The notes under the pieces are model-generated. The model did not search any database. It was not told the DNA's origin and was given only the letters and a program-made list of their open reading frames with translations. Below are positions 54,110-64,000 of a stretch of 64,000 nucleotides of DNA, in pieces. The position numbers and the translations under genes were made by a program. Source of the stretch: Octopus vulgaris (taxonomy: Eukaryota); contig OX597814.1 of NCBI GenBank assembly GCA_951406725.2, positions 102,734,001 through 102,798,000 on the forward strand, given 5' to 3'. Position 1 is the stretch's first letter. Every line of letters begins with the position of its first letter.

Positions 54110-55370
54110 AAGTGCAAGGCCGCAGTGGAGTTCCCACTAAAAAGAAACCACAGGAATTTGATGGAAAATGTGTCAAGGGAGGCCTACCATGTCCAGTTTG
54201 AACTATTGGCTGACTAGAACGGATGGGATGATGAGCAAAGAGCAGTTCAGCTTGCTACTAGTCTAAAGGGCACTGCACTAGAGGTACTGAGCCAGTTGTC
54301 TGTGGAGGACAGAAGCTGTTATTCTTCAATAGTTGAATTGTTCAAGAGAAGATATGGCACAGTGTGCCTGAGTGAAGTGTACGGGTACGATTTCAGACCC
54401 ACATAAGGGTTAGAGGAGCATCACAACTGCTTGCCCAGGAACCTTTGGCTCTTCTTCAGAAAGAGCAGTTTATTGATGCTTAGGGCAGGGCAGTGCAGAG
54501 CTCAAAGTTCAAGTGAAACAAGCGGAGCCGAATACTATGCAAGGGGCATTGGCTAGAGCTCTGGAATTTGAGTTGTACGTAAGGTCTAGCACAGGAAGTT
54601 TTCAGGTGGACTACAGTCCTGATTTCAAAGCAAGGAAGGGGCAAGTACGTGAAGCAGAAAGATTTAATGGAAGTTGTTGGTACCATGAGAAGATTGGACA
54701 TAAAAAACAAAGCTGTTTGAAAAAGAAAGAACAAGAGACGGCTGGAATAAATTGTTGACATTGTGGGACACTGTACTGAACTGAGAGGATCGGTTGATGT
54801 CCTGATTGAAGTTGCAGGACAAAAGGTTGTGCTTCCAGTCTATGTGGTGATGAAGTATCCTTGTTTCTTAGGTCTGGACTACTTGTCGTTTATCAGGTGT
54901 GAACTGAATGTCTGCTTTATGAAGCTTTGGTTCAAAGAAAGATTAGACTGTGTCAAGGTGGTAAAGTGGATCCTACCGAAATCGGAACTACAGATCAAGT
55001 GTAGTGTGAAGCACCATATTGACACAGGTGATCATTGGAGCAAGAAACCCTGGAAGGCCACTGAGGCGATACAAGGAGAGCCTGAAAACTTCCCTTTTGG
55101 CCAGTGGCATTTCAGCCCGTTGCTGGTGCCTGGCGTCCAGCAGTCCAAAAGGGTGTCAGGCTGTTTGAGGAAAAGTGACAAGCCCGAAAAGAGAGGATCC
55201 CCAACCCTACATCTGCTGTTATGTGCCCAACATGTGGCCGCATCTGCGCAACCACCTTTGGTCTCCACCCCCACCTCTGGCGTCACTGATGTCTTTGTCG
55301 AACCCAACAGACTTCCAATCGAGCAACCGCTTTGGAGGATGGTGCCAGTGCAGTGTAAAGAAACGGAACA
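54110..55370 (+). mobile_element. Gypsy gag-protease fragment interrupted by an RTE 3' fragment
   Basis: KPQEFDG..GWDDEQRAVQLATSLKGTALEVL (gag), degenerate knuckle CWYHEKIGHKKQSC, FLGLDYL, VKHHIDTGDH|insert|PIEQPLWR. Confidence 0.78.
55035..55318 (+). mobile_element. RTE 3'-end fragment (same family as 49420-53146)
   Basis: Close match to 52824-53140 (TGGAGCAAGAAACCCTGGAAGGCCACTGAGGCGATACAAGGA..CAGACTTCCA). Confidence 0.88.
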
Positions 55371-55397
55371 TTCTGAAAGAGAAGTCAATACGGAAAG

Positions 55398-56150
<753 letters not shown>

Positions 56151-56427
56151 TTTCTTGTTTGCTATATTTGTTTAATATTCCTGTGTTTTATGACAGAAGT
56201 ATTTCCAGAAATTTCACATTTTTTTGTTTTGTTTCTGCAATATTCTTCTCCTCCTCATTTCTTGACCACGCATGCAGTTTCCTTTCAACGATAAAGGGAC
56301 CTCCATTCCAAATTACTTTCTCACAATCCTACATATTATTCTTGAAAATCGCATCTTGTGATTACAGTGCATTTGTTGTTTGTCTTTTTAATGCTTCACT
56401 CTTTAAATATGTTATACAATTATATAT

Positions 56428-56687
56428 ACAGTTCTATATTTAAGAGATGAGGAATTATGTGCATTATTTACATTTGACGGATATTTGTCCTCATCTTGAT
56501 TGTTGTTAACACAATGTTTTATCTGATATACCCTCCAGCCTTCATCAGGTGTCTTGAGGAAATTTCGAACCTGGGTTCTCATTCCTAAGGTATTTTTCGA
56601 TGTTATTATTATTATTATTATTATTCAGGTCACTGCCTGGAATTGAACTCGTAATCTTGGGGTTAGTAGTTCAATTCCAGGCAGTGA

Positions 56688-56724
<37 letters not shown>

Positions 56725-56860
56725 AAATACCTTAGGAATGAGAACCCAGGTTTGAAATTTTCCCAAGACACCTGATGAAGGCTGGAAGGTATATCAGCCA
56801 AAACACTGTTAACAACAAACAAAATGAGGACAAATATCTGTCAAATTTAAATAATGTACG
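56428..56860. mobile_element. Inverted-repeat retroelement remnant with degenerate hammerhead motifs, in the ZNF 3 3' UTR
   Basis: ~190-bp arms (56459-56649 / 56668-56859); ACACCTGATGAAGGCTGG..CAGCC-AAAAC at 56768-56804; possible TSD ATTATATAT at 56419-27 and 56861-69. Confidence 0.7.
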
Positions 56861-59329
56861 ATTATATATGTTAATGTTTTATACTCAGGAATATTGTAAA
56901 GTTGTCAAATATGAATATAAACAATGACTCCAAATACAAAACAGATGAGATCATGAAAGAAGAACATGAGGCATATGTATAGTTTAGTGCCCCACACCAA
57001 ACTGATTCCTTGTTAGTTTCTGAATAATGGTTTCTTTAAATGAAACTTTACAGAGATAAGTTTTTAAGTGCCAAAATTATAATGATTTTCATAAAGTTGA
57101 GAAACAACGTTTTGGAGGAGATTTCTCACTATCCTTTGTTAATTTTGTTCCACTCTGATAAATTTATCCACTTCTTCAACATGTGAGGATAAATCCAGTT
57201 CAGCCTAGATAACCTATGAAGTCTCTTTTGTTACTGTGACCTAGCTTAGCTATGAAATTTTTATAAAAACGGAACAGTAAATAGAATGCTCTCTTTCTTT
57301 TACTTGACACCTGTAACAGAGGCAACATGCCTTGTGTCAGTAATGTCACAGACATAAAGATGTGCTTTCGTTGCTGGTTGTTACAGATGTAACATTTCTC
57401 TCTTATCCTCTCTACTCAGAGATATTTACATGATGGACAAAAACTGTATGCCGTCATTATGTATTAACAACTCTAAATAGTTGTTTAGCTGATAATTCTA
57501 AACAAAAGCCAGATCACCTGTGATCTATTTCTAGTGTCCTTTATTCTATGTTTGATGAAGTTAACAACATGTGGCGTTATACATGCAGGGTCTTTGGGTT
57601 AAATTTGACAGTTTGCATTAAAATTACATAAACCACAGTATCCTATCCAAAGACCAAAAATATCAACTAGATTATGACTGGGAGATAGCAGTTTACTCAA
57701 AGTAGCCACCCTCAGCTTCTACTATGGTCTGAAGACAGCTCCAGGGCCTGGCATATGTGTCCCTCACTTTGTCCCTGGAAAGATCTTGAAACACTTCTTT
57801 GATCTTGGTTACCAGCTCAGCATTGATGTTGAAAGAGAGCAGTTGGTGTCTTTCTCAACTGTGCCTAACAAATAATAATCCTGGGGATTAAAATTAGAAG
57901 GTCAGGAATTAGGGCTGGAGAAGTGGTCGAAATTTTCTGACGACCACTTCTGACTCTTTGCAGAAGTATGACAAGCAGTCAAGAGACAGACCCAGAGATG
58001 AACCTTCTGTATTTCTTCCTGCTGTTCATGACTTTGTAGTCTCTGTTGCAGCTATCCATATTAGGCCTTATGTCTTTTTATGCCCAATGTGTATCATCAT
58101 GATACAGGTAACTCTCTTACATTATTCAGCTGGCTTCAAGTCCTGTTAGCTAATTTGTTTTTCGACTACAACGTTAATCTTTATGCTCTACCACATAATT
58201 AAGTGTTCACCAATACATAAAGATTTTTCCTGAAAAATGAAGACGTAAAATATTGTGAAATTTAGTCAGAACATCATGTGTGCCAATTTTTATAATTTAA
58301 AAAATTCTAAACTGAATCTGTGATTGTCCATAAATAATAGTAAAAAACAAACTTTGAAGTGGTGTCTTCGGTTTCCAGCCATCCATATTACCTTGTTAGG
58401 TCTGCCTTTTCACAAGAGACTGGGAGGTTTATTACTTGCCTTGGAATCGATAGCAGTTGGAAGCAGAAAGGGAACCTGGCCACAGAAACCTCTGCACCAA
58501 ATTCTTGTCTGACCCTTACAGCATTGTTAAGTAGAAGTTCAAAAACAATAGGACATAAGCATGTGTGGAAGGGGGTGTGCGCGCTCGTATGTATGTGTTT
58601 CGAATATCTAAGGAATACACTTATTTCTCCTCGTCCTCATCATTATTAAACATCTGTTTTCCCTGCTGGTATGGGTTGGATTGTTTGATAGGCACCGTCA
58701 AGCCAGACGACTGTGCCAAACTCTACTCTCTGTTATGGTTTCTATGAATGGATGTCCTCATTTCCAATAATACTCTTCATCCAACCTACATGAATATTCT
58801 GAAAGTTTTGATCAAATTCGAGAGAAGTCAAATTCACACAGTTGCAGATCAGAATGCTTGCAAAATAAATTCAAAATTCCCAAGAAATTATTGATATTAA
58901 AAATATCACAGATGTAAGTTATCTCAAGAATGTAGATATAGTTGGAGCGCGGTAAAATATGTTTGGACAGCTTTTCTTCAAAATTGTATTTCTTTTCATG
59001 TATGACTAAATCTAGATCGATTGGTGTAATATGGTTTAAACCATATTACTTCATGCTGGTAAAAAAGTTAATTTCAAGGAAGGTCAACCAACTGTAAACA
59101 AAAACGGAGACACAAGGAATGAATTAATTGGAGCTAAAACCTACAAAACTAACCCCACACCAGACGGGCGATAAACATCTGTTTTTTGTTGTTATGAATT
59201 GTCACATTTACACAGTTCAATTCCCATGAGAATTCAAACATGTGTAATTAAGATATTTATGTTGTGTGAATGATCTAACGCAATTCATTTAAAATATTTG
59301 AGCCAAGAATACCAGAATTAAGAAAGAAC

Positions 59330-60077
59330 GGGGCTAAGGTAGTTTCGCACCTCTCCTTGAAAAATGCATTGCTAAAAAAAGTTTTTTTTCCGGATTCCTA
59401 CGTTTTAGATATCGGAGATTGCAAAATATCCATTAAAAAAATGTTCATTTCACCCCTCCATCTACAATTTAAATTTTTTATTTTGTTTACTTTAAAGAGT
59501 TTGTAGTAAATTGACGAACATATGCAAATCGAAATTAAATAGACAAAAGCATTAAAGTGAAAAGAATTTGCGTTTTACTTGTGTTTGCCTTAAATAATCA
59601 TAAAATCAAATATACACCATTTTATGAGAGACAAACATTGTTTAATAATTAATGCTATAAATTTTAATAAGGGGCTCAAATATCATTCCCTCCCCAATTT
59701 AAAATTTTGAACATTTTCGTCCATTTATTTATTTATCTGTCTATCTATTTATCGCTTTCCGTTCATTCATAAAATATATTTGTCAAACTAAATGTGGCGG
59801 TCCTATAAAACACCGTGTTACTGTTGTTTTTAGCCCCAGGAAGAGATTCATTTCTATCTATCTATCTCTTTATACACCTATCTATATGCTTATTGAATTT
59901 AAAATTTAGAAAACATGGTTTCTAGCATATTCGGAATCTCCATCATCTAAAACATACGGGAAAAAATTCGAAAAAGTTCCAAATTTTAAGGGGGTAGGAG
60001 TGGGGTTTTTTTTTTTGCAAAACTTTTTCTCGAAAAAATGCGTTTTTCAAGGAGCGGTGCGAAACTGCATTAGCCTC
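59330..60077. mobile_element. Non-autonomous DNA transposon (G-rich ends, 8-bp TSD, Merlin-like)
   Basis: ~40-bp TIRs GGCTAAGGTAGTTTCGCACCTCTCCTTGAAAAATGCATT; TSD GAAAGAAC at 59322-29 and 60078-85; single copy of GAAAGAAC in the inverted paralog at ~48511-18. Confidence 0.88.
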
Positions 60078-60114
60078 GAAAGAACTAGAATTGCTGAGAT
60101 AGGATGGTCAGTAA

Positions 60115-63100
60115 TTTCTTTATTATGATTATATAATCGTTACATAGAAGGACAAATACAGGACATACATGTAAAAAACAGTTAAGAGGTTCGATTAAAA
60201 ATTTTTCATAACATTTGGATTATTCATTATAAAAATTCGTCTGTAAATTGTCCTTTACATGACCAATAGAATATTGTAACATTTACATAACCTTTCGATC
60301 TTACCGACGTTATAAACCCCGGCACTTTATAAGGCCCCGCAGCTTTTGTTTCCTCTCCTCCCTCCATAGTTAAGCTGGGTTTCTGACGCCCACCTTTTTT
60401 TCCACTTCCTTCCATCTTTTCTCATACACACCCCGTGGTAAGATCCTCTTTTCCAGCCCCATTTTGCTCTTCAGATGATATCTGAAGTAAGTGAGCAAGC
60501 CGGGGCCCGAGACAAAGGATCCTATCGCGACTCCTTCCATTCTTGTTCGCCACATGCATTCTTTTACTACTGCAACCGTGCAGTGAAAACATGCCTCACC
60601 TTCCTTCGAGAGTCCAGTTGGCGGTATCATCTTAATCATAGACTCAGCCGACAGCTGTACTCGTCCCAGATGCGATAACACGTGTTCTGCGTAACTTATC
60701 AAGTCGGACAACTTCTGACAGTGTACAAAAGCGTGCTGGACGGTTTCATCGTCCAACTCGCACCTTGGACACGTCGGTGGCACTGAAATTCCGTGCCGCG
60801 ATAACTTCTCGCGAACAGGTAAAGCATTCCTATAGCACTGCCAGGCCAGGGATCTTTGGAAATTATCCAAATACCCCGTCCCGAAAGTCTTTTTAAACAG
60901 GTTGATAAGCTGGTCTTCGTCAAACCCCAGAGCCCCTCCTAGGACGTCGTCGTTCTTTGCCTCTACCAGCCTTCTATAAAATACCGAGGTGGTATTTCCG
61001 CAGCCGGCCTTGCCCGCCTTGTGGATCAGCGTGAGTGCCTGTCGGCACTCCTTTTGCCATGAAGTCAGTTTCCATCTTTTGATGAGACCGGGTTTAAAAT
61101 TCACTAAGGAGGCCGGTCTCGGGAAAAATCCCCCTGCCAGCGGACTCCACACCTTATCACCCTCCAGATGGTGCCAGAGATGCTTCAGCCTCAACGCATG
61201 TCTGCGCATCATCAACCAAGGCATTCCTAACCCACCCTTTAACGGTTCCTGGCAGCAAACGGAGCGCCTCACAAGTGGCTTTCCTCCCTTCCACAAAAAG
61301 CGGAAAAGGATTCACTCCAACTTGCTAAGCCATGAATCGGGGCAAGGGGCAACGGTCAGGCGGTAAGTGATTACAGATGCAATGAACATCTGTACCACCT
61401 CCGCCCTTCCTTTCAAGGACAGAAACCTTCTGGACCAGGTCCGTACTATGGCCTCCACCTTGCTCGTCACTTCACTCCAGTTCCTCTCCGTTTGGGAGTC
61501 TGGCCCAAACCAAACTCCTAGCAACTTAACAGGGCCATCCGTCCAGTGTCCCACGACACTGGACGATATCGACTTGCTCCTCCAGGTGCCGAGGCGCAAG
61601 CCAACTGACTTGTCCTTGTTAACCTTTGCTCCTGCCACCGCCTCGTATCCTCTGATAGCCTCTTCCACACAAGGTAGCTGGGCCTCATTGGACACGATGA
61701 GGGTGACGTCATCCGCATAAGCAGTAACCGATCTCATCCGAGTTACTTCCCAGCCTCTCCAACTTTCGCAGCAATGGCTCAAGAGCCAACACGTACAAAA
61801 GTGGTGACAAGGGGCACCCTTGACGAACTGAACATTCGATCGAAAACGGTTCCGTTAGGTAACCGTTTATCTGGACGGTGGACTTGATGCCGCTATACAT
61901 AGCGGAGATCCACCCGCGAAATTCAGGGCCCAGTCCAGCTGCTTCGAGGACCGTCGCCAGGTACTCATGGTCTACCCTATCGAACGCTTTACTTTGGTCT
62001 AAATGGACCATTACCCCGCCCTTGCCGGTTAATTTACCCACCCTATCTAAGGTGTAGCGTATAAGGTGAAGGTTGTCCTGGATCGACCTGCCTGGAATTG
62101 CACATGTCTGTGCTCTCCCTACAAGTTTCTCCACGACAACCGTCAACCTTTTTGCCAATACCTTGGCCAGAATCTTTAACTCTACATTAAGTAGAGTTAT
62201 GGGCCTGTAGTTACTAATGTTATCCCCCTTGCTCGGGTCTTTCTGGATTAGCGTCACCACTCCCCGGCTTACAGAACTGGGAATTCTCCCATTCTGCTGC
62301 CAGTTCGTGTAGACGCCTGCCAATATTCCCCCGAACAAGTCCGGCATACTTTGGTAAAACTCGTAGGGCAGACCATCCAACCCCGGCGACTTCTCCCCGG
62401 CGCATCCGGCCAGTATCCCCTCTATCTCCGCGGGAGTGATCGCTTCTTCACAGCACTCCACCTCACGCCCCGAGAGCCGCGGCCCGCCGGCCAGGAAGTC
62501 CTTTAAGGTCCTCCCCCGCTCCGGCGTCACACCACTCCCGAACACGCGGGCGAAATGCTGGTGAAGAAACTTTTGCATCTCCTCCTGTCCATAGATCTTT
62601 TGTCCCTGTTCGTCAGTTAAAGACTGGATTGAGGCTTTGTTACCTCTCTGACTCTCCACTCGACGGGCCCATCCGGCAACGTTAATACCTTCTCGTTTCC
62701 CAGCGAGTAGCTTAGCTCTAACTCTGCAACCTTCGTGTTTGGAGTTAAGGTGACGGTACAATACCGTCCTTGCCGCCATCACTCCGGATGCAGAGCCAGC
62801 TTCCATTGCCTCGTTTAGATTCTTAACTAAATCGTCCTCTATCCTAGACCTATCTATCCTTAGCTGATTACTAAATCTAATGGACTCTGAACGAATGGCT
62901 CTTTTGAGGGAGTGCCACCATCTATTGTTAATGATGGTGCCACACAATGCCCTCTGTACTAACACCTTAATCCGGGTACGGAAGTCTTCACAATTCAAAA
63001 TAGCCTTGTTCAGCTTCCAGTACCCGGGTCCCTGTCTATGACACTTGTCTAATTGCATCCTACACGTCACAAATTTGTGATCCGTGTAAGGCACAATGTA

Positions 63101-64000
63101 AAATTGTGGACAACTAAACGTATCCTTATCTCTTTTCTTAATAAATATCCTATCTAGATACGATCTGTGTGAGCCGTCGTTGTTACTCCACGTCCACTGT
63201 GGAACGTTCGGCTCATCCAGTCGATAACGGTCCACTAGATCAAAGCTCTCTAGTAGACCCTTGAGGCTAGGGTTCCCCTTCCTATTGGTTGAGCCAACAC
63301 TGTCGACCCGCGCTTCAAGGACAGTGTTAAAGTCCCCTACTAGGATTACCGTTTTCGACGTCGCTAAAAAGGGCTCCAGGTTCCGAAAAAAACCCGTCTG
63401 TCTACCCTCGTTCGGGGCGTAGACAGCTACCAACCTGAAGGACTGTTTACTTACGTGAGTCACATCCAGAACAACCAGCCTGCCTTCTGGGTCCAGAAAG
63501 ACAGTACTTACCTGCAAGTCCAAGCTCTTCCTGATAAGGACTGCCACGCCTCTGCCTCTTCCTCGGCTAGGAGAAATAAATTTCTCGAACCCATTTAGAA
63601 GAGGCGAGAACGCTTGGGCCTCGCTCATCTTGGACTCGGTTGCAATAGCTATGTCTACTCCGTGTGTCGTGAGGTCGTTCAGGAAACAAATTTGTTTCCG
63701 TTTCGACCCCATTCCACGTACATTCACACAACCCAGCTTAGCCATTGTCGGTGAGAGAAAAAATAGATGAACTTACGGTTGAGAAAGGGAGCATGACAGT
63801 TTAAATCTGCCCGCTTCCCCTTCTTCCTCCCTTGTGGTCGTGGCTGCAGGGCTCTTAACCGGCGTTGCCACCGGGCTCTGGGTAGGTGTGGTTGCCGGGG
63901 TTATAACGAGTTTACCCTCCAGAACTTCTTTTGTCACATCTCTAATCAGTCTATTCTTTAGATGTTCTTGAAGAACTTCCTCCTTCCACTCGTCTTCCTT
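60115..64000 (-). mobile_element. Tx1/L1-clade LINE: ORF1 end and nearly intact ORF2; continues past the window
   Basis: ORF2 63745-60370 has APE (NVRG, VYAPN, GDFN, YLDRIF, TDH), RT (DQSKAFDRVDH, VRQGCPLSPLLY, YADD) and C-terminal CPRC..H...C, with one frameshift near 61740 and one stop at 61312. ORF1 ends at ~63773; 3' AATAAAGAAA. Confidence 0.95.

Overview
AT-rich, repeat-dense eukaryotic DNA. The monotonous [16 protein letters not shown] zinc-finger arrays, (TA)n/(CA)n/(ATC)n microsatellites and SINE types suggest an octopus or other coleoid cephalopod C2H2-ZNF cluster; this taxonomic call is an inference. The window holds two apparently intact C2H2 zinc-finger genes on the minus strand (about 17 and 9 fingers) and one frameshifted ZNF pseudogene on the plus strand. 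Four copies of a shared promoter/non-coding first-exon module (NRF1-like TGCGCATGCG, ETS-like GGAAG, GTAAGT donor) are present. One module copy sits directly upstream of three decayed kinesin-14 (KIFC1-like) exons that the ORF track largely misses. The rest is transposon-derived: Tx1/L1, CR1-like, RTE/RTEX LINEs, Gypsy fragments, a mariner with a nested insertion, GG-ended MITEs with 8-9 bp TSDs, a non-autonomous Helitron, SINEs and Penelope-like remnants. Several Penelope-like remnants carry type I hammerhead ribozyme motifs, one inside an apparently perfect palindrome with 217-bp arms. All calls were read by eye without database searches.
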